IMG/VR virus record: IMGVR_UViG_3300035665_000004
Location: 57,947 to 121,946 of that record
DNA from: a virus
Length of the DNA: 64,000 bases
Reading direction: 5' to 3' (one strand)
Part shown: positions 9,575 to 19,456 of the stretch, piece after piece
Layout of the letters: the number at the start of each line of letters is the position of its first letter
How positions within the stretch are numbered: position 1 is the stretch's first letter
Notes under the pieces: model-generated
Told to the model about the DNA's origin: nothing
The model's input: only the letters and a program-made list of their open reading frames with translations
The model's database searches: none
Made by a program: the position numbers and the translations under genes

Positions 9575-9605
9575 ATGGTGTGGAACAGAGATGTTTCCAC
9601 ACCAT
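9575..9605. terminator. Hairpin terminator between the convergent topoisomerase and tail genes
   Basis: ATGGTGTGGAAC / GTTTCCACACCAT inverted repeat. Confidence 0.55.
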
Positions 9606-9720
9606 ATCAATATAAAAAAATTCACATAACACAATCAATTTAGTTAATTCTTTAGTTTAAAAAATTTACATCACAAAATGAAAAATCTACAAATGTAAAC
9701 TCATAATTGATATTTGTGTA

Positions 9721-10800
9721 TCACGCAATGAAAGTTATTTTTATATACCCTTCATAATCATTAAATGTGCCGATATTGGATATATTTGAACCATTAAATA
9801 CGGTAGAATCATCAAACTTACCATCGCTAGTTGCAATGGAAGTGGCTGTATTAATTATAAATGAACCGCCACCAATACCTGAAAGATAAGAACCACCCAT
9901 ACTTGTTTGACCACCTAAACCGCCAGAATAACCTCCACCTCCGCCACCAGAGTTATTACCCGAATGTCCACCACCACCGCCACCAAAACCACCTTGTGCA
10001 GCATTAGTTGTCGAGTTTCCTCCGGTACAATAAAATGGTCCTGAAGCAGATGAAACAGCCCCACCAACAAATGCTGCCCCGTGTGTGTATTGTTGAGCTG
10101 ATGAATCAGTAGCCATTGCCGCAGAATTAGTATAACCTGGATAATCTTCACCACTACCAAACCAACCACCTCCGCCACCACCATGATAACCTCGACCACC
10201 ATAACTTAATGTTGGGTGTGTTCCAGATACCGATGGAGAATAATTGTATCCTGTAAACAATGGTTGTCTTCTAGTTTGACCATTTATATATTCTTGTGTA
10301 GTCATACTACTGTAAAATCCAGCACCACCACCAGCAACAATAATTGGTGTGTTTGTACCATAAAGACAAATAAATGAACCACCACCACCACCAGAATATG
10401 ATGTTCCAGGTGCAATCGAACCTGTATCACCAGGTACTTGACCAACAACCATTTCTAACTTATCAGTTGTAGTAAATGGTATTCTTGCTCTAATTATTGC
10501 ACCTTTACCATTAGTAGATGGCGTAGTATATTGGCCTCTTGCACCTGCGATTTCAATCTCATAAATTCCAGTTTTGGGAATTTGAAACACCTGATACCCC
10601 TGTGCTCTCCCTTGATAGAAATAATTGGTATTTGATGCCCATGTTTGACTACTATATGTGGATTGTAATTGTGCTAATGTTGGACCGTGTCTACCAACTT
10701 TTCCACCAGGCGTAAATGTATGAGTCGTAAACCCAGTATATAATGTTGCTCCACCACCTGAAGATGTATTACTTAAAAAAGATAAATTAATACCACTCAT
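9721..10800 (-). CDS. Glycine-rich tail-tip/adhesin-like protein
   Basis: IPKTGIYEIEIAGARG...GKGAIIRA...GGGGGSF...IVAGGGAG glycine-rich (ALK/LTK-type) domain; coupled to the upstream fibre gene. Confidence 0.6.
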   Translation of the reverse strand: MSGINLSFLSNTSSGGGATLYTGFTTHTFTPGGKVGRHGPTLAQLQSTYSSQTWASNTNYFYQGRAQGYQVFQIPKTGIYEIEIAGARGQYTTPSTNGKGAIIRARIPFTTTDKLEMVVGQVPGDTGSIAPGTSYSGGGGGSFICLYGTNTPIIVAGGGAGFYSSMTTQEYINGQTRRQPLFTGYNYSPSVSGTHPTLSYGGRGYHGGGGGGWFGSGEDYPGYTNSAAMATDSSAQQYTHGAAFVGGAVSSASGPFYCTGGNSTTNAAQGGFGGGGGGHSGNNSGGGGGGYSGGLGGQTSMGGSYLSGIGGGSFIINTATSIATSDGKFDDSTVFNGSNISNIGTFNDYEGYIKITFIA

Positions 10801-11666
10801 GACACATTACCTGTAATTATACCAGTATTTGCATTATAAAAAAGAACAGTACATAATCCGCGTGAAGCGAGTGTTAAAGATGTTTTTGTTGTATTTGAAC
10901 CAGCAACATATGTTGTGATTGCAGAACAGGTAATTGTTAATGTGCTGGCAGTATTATTAAATATTGTGATAATATCACCAGCAGCAAAAACATTTGCGGG
11001 TACTGTTATTGCCCCATTAGTTCCTAAACTTACAAATTTACCGATATCAGAGGTTGATAAAGTATATGATGATGTTTTATCTGTACCAGATAAAGGCATA
11101 TTTCTATATCCAATATCTACTAAATCAATTTTACAATTCACTAAATTACCTGAAACTGGCGTTCCAAGTGCAGGATTTGTTCCAAGTTTAGAATTAACAG
11201 TATTTGTCAATGACGTGATTGCAGCATTATTAGATGTTACATAACCTGCGAATGCATTATCATTAGTTGTATCAACTGAGTTAATCAAAGTAACAATTTC
11301 AGCAAATGAATCTTTATCAGCAGATGATGCTGATAAAATAGCATCAATTCTAGCTTTTTCACTTGCTAAGTTATTGGTTAATGTTGTATCCGCAGCTTGT
11401 CTAGCTAATACCTCATTAGTTAAATTAGTGGTTAATGTGTTATCAGCATTTGTTCTTGAAGTTGCTTCAGAAGCAAGATTATTAGTTAATGTTGTGATAG
11501 CTGTTTCTCTAGATGTAACCTCAGTATTAATCGCAGCTTGTCTAGCTGTTGCTTCATTAGAAATTGCAGCAGTTAAAGTAGTAACTGCTGCTTGTCTGGC
11601 TGTAGCTTCATTGGTAACTGCTGTAGAAACTACACTACCCATTTTTTTAAAAATTGAATCAGGCAT
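10797..11666 (-). CDS. Tail fibre-like protein, DSIFKKMG family (copy A)
   Basis: MPDSIFKKMG N-terminus, 18-aa EA.ARQAADTTLTNNL coiled-coil repeats and a C-terminal beta domain (TSSYTL...VPANVFAAGD). Confidence 0.65.
   Translation of the reverse strand: MPDSIFKKMGSVVSTAVTNEATARQAAVTTLTAAISNEATARQAAINTEVTSRETAITTLTNNLASEATSRTNADNTLTTNLTNEVLARQAADTTLTNNLASEKARIDAILSASSADKDSFAEIVTLINSVDTTNDNAFAGYVTSNNAAITSLTNTVNSKLGTNPALGTPVSGNLVNCKIDLVDIGYRNMPLSGTDKTSSYTLSTSDIGKFVSLGTNGAITVPANVFAAGDIITIFNNTASTLTITCSAITTYVAGSNTTKTSLTLASRGLCTVLFYNANTGIITGNVS
11251..11360. repeat. 110-bp dispersed repeat in fibre genes, copy 1
   Basis: By eye, 2 mismatches to 53898..54007 and 4 to 44861..44970. Encodes EKARIDAILSASSADKDSFAEIVTLINSVDTTNDNAF. 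Confidence 0.9.
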
Positions 11667-11737
11667 TTTTTATCTCCTTTTTTGGTTTGAAAGTATAAGT
11701 TGATGTTATTTATTTTTTACTAATAACACTAATTATA

Positions 11738-11779
11738 TTTATCACTCTTGCCACAAGACATCAACCTTTAGGTCGTGGA
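11738..11779 (+). mobile_element. Putative IS200/IS605 end remnant after TTTAT
   Basis: TTTAT|CACTCTTGCCACAAGACATCAACC-TTTA-GGTCGTGG. Shares GACATC and the TTTA-loop hairpin with 42410 and 52021. Confidence 0.4.
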
Positions 11780-11819
11780 TTCCTAACCAATTTTCAAAAA
11801 TACAATATTTTCCCAATAA

Positions 11820-12863
11820 TTATTTTTTTGCCGGATTTTTAATCGGTTCAATAATTTCTTTAGCATACCAACCTATTTGAAATTCTGTAGAATTTCTTTC
11901 TAATTGTTTAAGAGTGTTTTCACTACAATTCACAAAAATTGGGCAACCGTTATTTTTGTATGATTCAGTTAATTTACGTCTTGAGAGTTTATGTTTTTTG
12001 CAGAAATCATCAAAATTTCCATATGACGTACCAAACAAAGTACCATCCACACGGTAAACTGAAATCTTTTTAGAATTAGGGGAAACGTAAAAATCATAAG
12101 CATCAAACTCACGTTTGGTCACTACCTTATTTTTTCCATCTCTAATATCCAAAACAGTTACTCTATCCTCAGATACATGTTTAAAAAATTCATTTTGTTC
12201 ATATTCCATCTTAGAAACTAACTTGTATTTTTCAGCAATAACATCAAAAACTAAAACACACCCCTTATTTTGTCGAACATAATAATCGAATTCGTAAAAT
12301 TCTTTAGTTGTTACCTGAACTGTGGTTCCATTTCTAATATCAATAACAGAAACTTTTCCAGTAGCCGCAGTAATATATTGATCCGACGAATTATATTCAT
12401 TAACACTTATACTTTTGATAACGTTGTCTTTGGTATCAAAAACAGTAACGAACCCTTTTGTACAATGTTGGTAAAAATCAGTATTTTTTAATTCCTCTTT
12501 CACCACCAACTTTGTTAACCCAGTTCTCACATCAATAACTGGAACTAATCCTACAGTAGTGAAACCATTACTAATTGATTTAACTTTGTTATAATATTCG
12601 GTGTTTCTTGAAACATCATACAATTCGTGTAATCTTATTTCTTCATTGAGTGCATATTCTCTTGTTTCCCAAACTGATAATATTTCTTTTTTAAAATTTT
12701 CAATTCCACCAAATTTAATTGCATTCTTTAAAGGTGTAGAAGACCCCATATATTTCACATCTTTTTCTGGAGAAACTTTTGATGTTCTAACACCTATATA
12801 ATATTTTTGGTTATCGATAGGGACAGTATTAATTATTTTGTAAACATAATGATATTGTTTCAA
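11820..12863 (-). CDS. GIY-YIG (Seg-like) free-standing homing endonuclease
   Basis: YVYKIIN...YYIGVR...YMGSS...E...YYN catalytic domain followed by five 32-aa repeats. TTG start with a GGGAG RBS. Confidence 0.85.
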   Translation of the reverse strand: MKQYHYVYKIINTVPIDNQKYYIGVRTSKVSPEKDVKYMGSSTPLKNAIKFGGIENFKKEILSVWETREYALNEEIRLHELYDVSRNTEYYNKVKSISNGFTTVGLVPVIDVRTGLTKLVVKEELKNTDFYQHCTKGFVTVFDTKDNVIKSISVNEYNSSDQYITAATGKVSVIDIRNGTTVQVTTKEFYEFDYYVRQNKGCVLVFDVIAEKYKLVSKMEYEQNEFFKHVSEDRVTVLDIRDGKNKVVTKREFDAYDFYVSPNSKKISVYRVDGTLFGTSYGNFDDFCKKHKLSRRKLTESYKNNGCPIFVNCSENTLKQLERNSTEFQIGWYAKEIIEPIKNPAKK

Positions 12864-12901
12864 ATTTTCTCCCTGTGCTAAAAATTATTAATTTCCTAAC
12901 C

Positions 12902-12923
12902 ATTATACAAACTATTGTATAAT
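12902..12923. promoter_or_regulatory. Palindromic back-to-back TATAAT boxes between the endonuclease and PolB C-half
   Basis: ATTATACAA-acta-TTGTATAAT is a perfect inverted repeat that places a TATAAT on each strand. Confidence 0.5.
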
Positions 12924-12953
12924 ATAATATATTCTTATTAATTGGTAAAAAAT

Positions 12954-13073
12954 ATGTTGAAAAAAGTTAAAGTTAAATCGGTTAAAAAAATTGATTATTC
13001 TGGTAAAGTATATGATGTAGTTATGAAAAGTAACCCACATACATTTTTTGCAAATAATATTTTGGTACATAAT
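12954..13073 (+). other. Split intein C-fragment (40 aa)
   Basis: MLKKVKVKSVKKIDYSGKVYDVVMKSNPHTFFANNILVHN|S contains block F (VYD) and block G (HN), with +1 Ser. Confidence 0.9.
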
Positions 13074-14099
13074 TCCTGTTATTTCAGAGTAATGGAGGCA
13101 GAAAACTTAGAACAGGCAGAAAAAATAAGTAGAGAGGTAGTTGACGCCTGTGATAAAAAATCTATCCCATCAATAGTTACCAATATTTTTAATGGTAATG
13201 ACATTATGCGTAGTGATTTTGAAGCAATTTCTCGATCAACACTGTCGTATGGTAAGAAAAAACAATACGCATTTCTTAAAGCCTGGGAGGATGGAGAAAC
13301 CTTACCAACTCCAAAATTAAGCATCACTGGTTTATCAATTAAAAGAAGTGATTCACCAAAACAGTTATCTACTGAAATGAAACCATTCTTTACCGAAATT
13401 ATGAAAGGTTTAACAAAAGAACAGATAAAAATCGCAATGGATAAAATTGAAAAAGATTATGATGCTCTACCAACATATGAATTGGCAGCTAAACGTTCAG
13501 CGAATAACTTATCAAAATATTTAAGGGCATTTAACTATGAATTAGTTAAAAAGGATAGACCATACAACATCGAAAAATTAGATGAGGCAGTTGAAAACGC
13601 TTGTGATGGGCGAGTATCCATCGATGATAAAATTTATGATGATTTCATGAGAACAGGCAAAGGTGTTTATTCCATCGAAAATAATAAATTGGTTAAAGAT
13701 ATAAAAGGTGATTTAATCATAGAGGCAAAAGTTAAAATGGTTATTCCATTTCATATCAAAGCATCGATACTTTATAATTATTTGTTAGAATTATACGATT
13801 TAAATGATTTCAATCCAATTTTAGATGGTGAAAAAATAAAATTATTTTATATTCAACCACAAAAATTTAATATAAAATACACGGATCTAGATGGAAACAA
13901 ATATGATATGATACAAACTTTTGATTGTATTGCGTTCCCATCAAACTCAAAAAAAATACCAAATTTTATCAATACATTTACACCAGACAAAAAAAGAATG
14001 TTGGATACTTATTTCTTTGGTAAAATGGAAACAATTTTTGATGTTATCGATTTTAATAAAGAAAAATTAGAAAATATATCAATGGATTTATTGTTTTGA
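12954..14099 (+). CDS. DNA polymerase B (gp43-like) C-terminal half carrying a split-intein C fragment
   Basis: The 40-aa intein-C ends ILVHN and is followed by SCYF, the Ser of the (Y.DTD)S motif. KKKQYA and PKLSITGLSIKRSDSP are PolB palm/thumb motifs. ATG at 12954. Confidence 0.9.
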   Translation: MLKKVKVKSVKKIDYSGKVYDVVMKSNPHTFFANNILVHNSCYFRVMEAENLEQAEKISREVVDACDKKSIPSIVTNIFNGNDIMRSDFEAISRSTLSYGKKKQYAFLKAWEDGETLPTPKLSITGLSIKRSDSPKQLSTEMKPFFTEIMKGLTKEQIKIAMDKIEKDYDALPTYELAAKRSANNLSKYLRAFNYELVKKDRPYNIEKLDEAVENACDGRVSIDDKIYDDFMRTGKGVYSIENNKLVKDIKGDLIIEAKVKMVIPFHIKASILYNYLLELYDLNDFNPILDGEKIKLFYIQPQKFNIKYTDLDGNKYDMIQTFDCIAFPSNSKKIPNFINTFTPDKKRMLDTYFFGKMETIFDVIDFNKEKLENISMDLLF

Positions 14100-14208
14100 T
14101 AGAATAATGTCTACAAAAGTGAAAAAAATACTAATTAATCAACATTTTTGTAGTTTCTATTACAGGGGGCATAAATATATTCAATACCAACAATGATGAT
14201 TAATTATT

Positions 14209-16701
14209 ATGCCCACTAATATAAAAATTGATACCCTGACTATTGATATTTTGAATCATCTCAATATAATTGTGACCGACGCTAATAATAATATAACCTT
14301 TATTAGTGACAACTATTTAAATGCGTTGGAATATACTATCGATGAGGTTATTGGAAAAAATCCTATAATTTTTAGACATCCAACAATTAATAATCTACCA
14401 ATATTAAATTTTGTAAATAAAAATGGTGGACATTGGAACGGATTATTAAAAAATATTACAAAAAGTGGAAAAACTATATATTTCAATGCCGATATTTACA
14501 AAGATTATGATGAAAATGGTAATCATATTGGGTATCATTCAATACATACTGACATAACTACAACTATAACAAACCCCCATAAATTTATTTTTGATAATGA
14601 ACTTTTATCAATTATATTTTCAGAAAATATAGAATACCTAATCATCTGTTTGAGTGACGAGTTCGATGAAAATAAACACGAAATTATCAAGATTAGTCAC
14701 CCATTACTAGAATTGATAGGTATTGAAGCCGATAAATTAGTTGAGCAACACGCAAGTTTTGTAGATTTAATATCACCAAAGTCAATTTATTACAAAAATT
14801 TAAAACTGTTAATGCATGATCTTAACAATGAAAACCCATTACCGGTTGATATAAAAACGAAAAATAGGGATGCAAAATACAGAGTTTCATACACCCCTTT
14901 CAAATTCAATGATAAAGCAGCTCAATTATTTACGATGATTGACATAACCACCGAAATATCTTTTTCCGATCAACTCCAAAGTATAATAAAATCAAAAAAT
15001 GAATTTTTGGCAAATTTAGCCCACGAAATTAAAACTCCATTGAATGCAATTAATGGTTTTATTTCACTACTACAAATGCGTGAAACAAATAAAGAAAAAC
15101 TAGACTATATTGAATTAGTGTTGGAAAGTGTTAAACATGTAATAAACATTTCCAACGATACCATCGATTTTATTGGTATGGATAATAGTAAAATAGAGAT
15201 AAATCCTAGAGAATTTACACCAAAAGATATTCAGTCAACCATAGAAATATTTTTTGCAAAGAGTTTAGAAAAAAACATTGAATTGACTGCATATATTTCA
15301 CCACAATTACCAGAAATAATGTTTCAAGATATTTTGCGATTAAAACAAATCATAACCAATCTTATCAGTAATGCATTAAAATTCGTTAATGTTGATGGTA
15401 GAGGAACTATAGTGATAGAATGTCATTTCAACAATGACAAATTTTATTTTACTATTGTCGATAATGGAATTGGAATGTCCACAGAACAAATAGAAAATAT
15501 ATTTAATCCTTTTTATCAGGCATCAAAAGATACAAAAATGGTTTATGGTGGTACAGGGTTAGGATTGGCTGTTGTTAATCAAATAATTGAACTTATGGGT
15601 GGTAGTATTACTGTAGAAAGTGAACTCGGTGTAGGTTCAACATTTTCAGTTATTATACCAGTAAAATCAGTTAAAGAGTTTCAACATACAATTGGTCGAA
15701 TGGATATACCAAACATTTACATTTATGCCCCATCATTTTCCAATACAAAACATGAAATTTTAAAGAAATATCTGTTCGATTTTACAACCGCAAAGATCAA
15801 TAAAGTTGCAGAAATTGATACATTGAATTCAATAACGGATAGTGTGATACTACTTTATGTATGTGATACAGATATAAAAACTATACTCCAATTAAGTAAA
15901 ACAAATAGAATTATTGTAGTTAAAAAAATGGACATGGTTATCAACAATTTTACAAATTCGTCCGAAATAATAGAAATAAATTTACCCATTTTAGGATCAA
16001 AAATATATGATGCACTAAATTTACTAATATCCGGTAGAATGGAACAATTCTATAAAAATAACTTCTTAGATATGACAATATCTGGTAGAATATTGGTGGC
16101 AGATGATCAAGAATCGAATAGACTACTAATAAATCGATTATTATCATGTTATGATGTAACGATTGATGTAGTATGTGATGGTAGAGAGGCAGTTAATTAT
16201 TTTAAAAAGAGTATAATAGAAAACAAATCGTATTACGACTTAATATTGCTTGACGTCAACATGCCAATATTAAACGGCGTTGATGCCGCGAGAGAAATAA
16301 GACTTTTCGAAAAAATGAATAATATTACTAGAACTACAATAATATCATTAACAGCGGATAGATATACGGACAAAAATGATAGTAGATTGGTAGATATGGA
16401 TGAATATATACCCAAACCTATTAATTTAAAACGGATGTTATATCTAATTGTGAAATACACAACTGATCTAAAATTGGTTGATGAAAACTTGTTATACGAT
16501 GAAAAAATTAAAAAATTGAAAGAGATACGTGACGAATTTTTAAAACCAAATAATGAATTTAAAACAATGATAGACAATTATAAAAAACATTTTGATGGTT
16601 CGGAATTACCAATTATTGAAGGTTTAAAAGATTTAACTAATAAAAATGAATTCACTGCAAACTATAATAAAATTATGAAAATTTTTAGGAAGCACGGATG
16701 A
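14209..16701 (+). CDS. Hybrid sensor histidine kinase (Aer-type PAS - PAS-like - HisKA - HATPase - degenerate REC - REC)
   Basis: PAS: IFRHP...W.G..KN.TKSG. H-box: LAHEIKTPLNAI. N-box: NLISNALKF. G1: DNGIGM. G2: GGTGLGL. REC: VADD...LLDVNMP...LTA...PKP. Confidence 0.92.
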   Translation: MPTNIKIDTLTIDILNHLNIIVTDANNNITFISDNYLNALEYTIDEVIGKNPIIFRHPTINNLPILNFVNKNGGHWNGLLKNITKSGKTIYFNADIYKDYDENGNHIGYHSIHTDITTTITNPHKFIFDNELLSIIFSENIEYLIICLSDEFDENKHEIIKISHPLLELIGIEADKLVEQHASFVDLISPKSIYYKNLKLLMHDLNNENPLPVDIKTKNRDAKYRVSYTPFKFNDKAAQLFTMIDITTEISFSDQLQSIIKSKNEFLANLAHEIKTPLNAINGFISLLQMRETNKEKLDYIELVLESVKHVINISNDTIDFIGMDNSKIEINPREFTPKDIQSTIEIFFAKSLEKNIELTAYISPQLPEIMFQDILRLKQIITNLISNALKFVNVDGRGTIVIECHFNNDKFYFTIVDNGIGMSTEQIENIFNPFYQASKDTKMVYGGTGLGLAVVNQIIELMGGSITVESELGVGSTFSVIIPVKSVKEFQHTIGRMDIPNIYIYAPSFSNTKHEILKKYLFDFTTAKINKVAEIDTLNSITDSVILLYVCDTDIKTILQLSKTNRIIVVKKMDMVINNFTNSSEIIEINLPILGSKIYDALNLLISGRMEQFYKNNFLDMTISGRILVADDQESNRLLINRLLSCYDVTIDVVCDGREAVNYFKKSIIENKSYYDLILLDVNMPILNGVDAAREIRLFEKMNNITRTTIISLTADRYTDKNDSRLVDMDEYIPKPINLKRMLYLIVKYTTDLKLVDENLLYDEKIKKLKEIRDEFLKPNNEFKTMIDNYKKHFDGSELPIIEGLKDLTNKNEFTANYNKIMKIFRKHG

Positions 16702-16705
16702 CGAA

Positions 16706-16713
16706 TATAAATA
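16706..16713 (+). promoter_or_regulatory. T4-type late promoter TATAAATA upstream of the holin-like gene
   Basis: Exact TATAAATA ending 20 bp before ATG 16734. A CATAAATA variant at 14170-14177 precedes the kinase. Confidence 0.7.
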
Positions 16714-16733
16714 TCATAAAAAGGGGGTTATAG

Positions 16734-17123
16734 ATGCATATTTTGCTTGATTTAGATGTTTCACTATATATACTATTATTTTTTATCGCAGGTACGATAG
16801 GATTAGTAGTGCGTATAGATCAATGGGTCGAAGGAGATTTTTCACATCCAATCAAAGAAAACGGTACATTAGATATCCTCAGATCGTTTTGGTCGTATGT
16901 ATTAACATTCTTATTATCGGGATTATCGGGAGCAATTGTATCGATAGGGACAGGTTATATTTTAGAAAATAAGGATACAAACATAATGATCTTCACTGCT
17001 GTAATGATTGGTGCAATTGGAAAACTCATTTTTTATAAACTTGTGGAATGGGTACATTTTAAAGTTGATGATGTGTTGACACCTAAAAAAAATAATAACC
17101 AAGCACATAGAAGAGGGAAATGA
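16734..17123 (+). CDS. Putative class I holin (3 TM)
   Basis: 129 aa, three hydrophobic segments and a strongly basic C-terminus (KKNNNQAHRRGK), under a late promoter. Confidence 0.55.
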   Translation: MHILLDLDVSLYILLFFIAGTIGLVVRIDQWVEGDFSHPIKENGTLDILRSFWSYVLTFLLSGLSGAIVSIGTGYILENKDTNIMIFTAVMIGAIGKLIFYKLVEWVHFKVDDVLTPKKNNNQAHRRGK

Positions 17124-17521
17124 TTATGGTTAACGATTTAATTGATTCTGTTGATTTAAATACTTCTGATGAGTGGAACCAAAAAAAAAGTGTTAACCTT
17201 ATTCGCCACACAGAAACTATCGATAAACTTGTTGTCCAAAATAAAACATTACAAAGAGAATTGCGTGAACTTTCAATACACGCGGAACAATTACAAAATA
17301 AATTATATGACAGCAATGTTAGAATTTCTAAAAATTTATTTTATATTGGATTATTTGCACTCGCTTATTTTGTTTACAGTGTAAATAGCAACCTAATAAT
17401 GTTAAACGATAAGTTAATTGAGATAAATGTTGTAGTTGCACAATACAAAGATATAACTGAAAAAAATAAGTTATACAATCAAATTATGACAGAACAAAAT
17501 GGTATTAATAAAACCAAATAA
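17120..17521 (+). CDS. Single-pass membrane protein with coiled coils on both sides
   Basis: Central TM segment LFYIGLFALAYFVYSV with heptad-rich flanks; ATGA overlap with the holin-like gene. Confidence 0.7.
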   Translation: MIMVNDLIDSVDLNTSDEWNQKKSVNLIRHTETIDKLVVQNKTLQRELRELSIHAEQLQNKLYDSNVRISKNLFYIGLFALAYFVYSVNSNLIMLNDKLIEINVVVAQYKDITEKNKLYNQIMTEQNGINKTK

Positions 17522-17545
17522 TAATAGGGGAAAAGGGAGATAAAA

Positions 17546-18163
17546 ATGCTTAGTAATTTATTTGGTAAAAAAATTCGTAAAGTGGATTATCACAACACTA
17601 ATAAATCTGAAACACACAACTTCACAAATATGCAGGATCAAATCACATGGTTGACAGATAATGGTTGGGTAAATGGAAATACTTTCAATAAAAGTAACAA
17701 AAATATCCTGATAATGGATGACAGACAAGATATAATTTCCGCAGTCATTGATGATTTAGAAAGAATGGACGAAACTGAAATAATAAATCTAAATCATTTT
17801 AACCTGATAACTGTTTCATCAAAAAATGCAGGTTTTCACGTATTGGATATTTTAGAAAAAGCACCAAATATAACCATAGATTATGCACTATTAGATATTG
17901 TATTAGGTGGAAAAAAAATAGTAGATGGTGTAAAACAAATGGTAGATGGTGTTGATGTTGCAATACAAATATGGGAACGGTTTTCAACAGCACAGATACT
18001 TTTTTTTAGTGGTTGTATCATTGAAAATTCTAACGACCGTGATGATTTTAAAAACAGATTTACTAGTTATACACAAGAAGATATATCGGATTATTTGTTG
18101 CCAAAGGACATTGATTTTGATTCCGAAATCGATCAACTAGCAACATTTTTCAACGGTTTTTAA
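17546..18163 (+). CDS. Stand-alone response regulator receiver protein
   Basis: NILIMDD, YALLDIVL (phospho-Asp), ILFFSG (Ser) and LLPK (Lys). N-terminal extension of about 50 aa and no output domain. Confidence 0.8.
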   Translation: MLSNLFGKKIRKVDYHNTNKSETHNFTNMQDQITWLTDNGWVNGNTFNKSNKNILIMDDRQDIISAVIDDLERMDETEIINLNHFNLITVSSKNAGFHVLDILEKAPNITIDYALLDIVLGGKKIVDGVKQMVDGVDVAIQIWERFSTAQILFFSGCIIENSNDRDDFKNRFTSYTQEDISDYLLPKDIDFDSEIDQLATFFNGF

Positions 18164-18171
18164 AATTATTT

Positions 18172-19455
18172 ATGGCTATCGATTTTAAAAATATAGCTAT
18201 TAGTAGTTTAACAATAACTGGGGTAACATTTGCGTCTGTGCTTTGCATAACAATTACTGTAAATTTATATACCACATTTACAATATCAAATGAATTCGAA
18301 CCATCAATAAATTTATTAGCTAGAAATTATATCAATTCAAAAAACTCACCAACATTATTGACGGATAATTTTACCGATTCTCAAATAAATGTAGTTATAT
18401 TTGATGAAGAAAAAAACAAAATATTTAAACTTAATAATAATTCTTTAATTGACATTAGTGATTCATCACCATTTCCAAAATTAATTAGTGTACCATTTGA
18501 TGTTTATATTTCTTCTATGACAACGTTTGAAATGTCCACACTTGCAACTATGTATAATGTAGACAATTTAAAAATAAAACTAGATATATATGATAAGAAG
18601 CATATAGCCGCCGATACATTTATAATGTTACTAATAACTAACAGTCTTATTTCTCATATTTTATATTTTAAATTAGTTGCTAGAAATAAACTGATATTGA
18701 AATCACTGATTAAAGTTGAACAATACGAATACGCTCTTTCACAAAGAACAACAGCAGATTTGGTAAGTATAACACATCATAAATTGAATACGCCCCTAAA
18801 GGTTTTAAATACAAAATCCAGAATGTTGATTGATATAATAAAATCACAGGATAACATTTCACAAAAAACATTAGATAAGGCTTTGTTGGATTATCATAGT
18901 ATTGAATCTTCATTAACCACAATTTCTGAGGTTACTGATACATTAAAATCATTTAATGATTTGAGTAAACATGAATTGAATTTATATAAATTGTTTAACG
19001 TTGCGAAAGAAACTACCAATGTATTGAATGATGATGAATTTGAAATTATATTAGATGAAAAAACTAAATTGTTCAATATTGATAAATCATATATAAATTC
19101 ACATGAAATGATTCAAATTTTTATAAATCAAATAAATTTTTCATTGTCAATGTTAGCAGATAAAATTCATATAAAAGTATTTAATACCTCAAATAATGTT
19201 ATGATATTATTATATTCTGATAATGGGAATATAATTACCGATGATATGATCGATGATCTAAATACCAATAATGAAATATTTGTAAATGCAGATACCAACC
19301 ATAAAAAAAATACACATTATGATTTAACTTTAAACTTTATTATTTTAAATTCGAAAGATTTTTCAAATATAAAAATTCTCTCATCTAATAGAAATGGAAA
19401 CATATTTGAGATTAAACTACCTGTTGTTCGAGCAGATGAAACAAAAAAATTTTAA
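18172..19455 (+). CDS. Membrane histidine kinase-like protein with a degenerate ATPase domain
   Basis: Two TM segments flank a roughly 120-aa extracytoplasmic region. H-box-like ITHHKLNTPLKVL, N-box-like QIFINQIN and YSDNG are present, but there is no G2 GxGLG. Confidence 0.7.
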   Translation: MAIDFKNIAISSLTITGVTFASVLCITITVNLYTTFTISNEFEPSINLLARNYINSKNSPTLLTDNFTDSQINVVIFDEEKNKIFKLNNNSLIDISDSSPFPKLISVPFDVYISSMTTFEMSTLATMYNVDNLKIKLDIYDKKHIAADTFIMLLITNSLISHILYFKLVARNKLILKSLIKVEQYEYALSQRTTADLVSITHHKLNTPLKVLNTKSRMLIDIIKSQDNISQKTLDKALLDYHSIESSLTTISEVTDTLKSFNDLSKHELNLYKLFNVAKETTNVLNDDEFEIILDEKTKLFNIDKSYINSHEMIQIFINQINFSLSMLADKIHIKVFNTSNNVMILLYSDNGNIITDDMIDDLNTNNEIFVNADTNHKKNTHYDLTLNFIILNSKDFSNIKILSSNRNGNIFEIKLPVVRADETKKF

Positions 19456-19456
19456 A

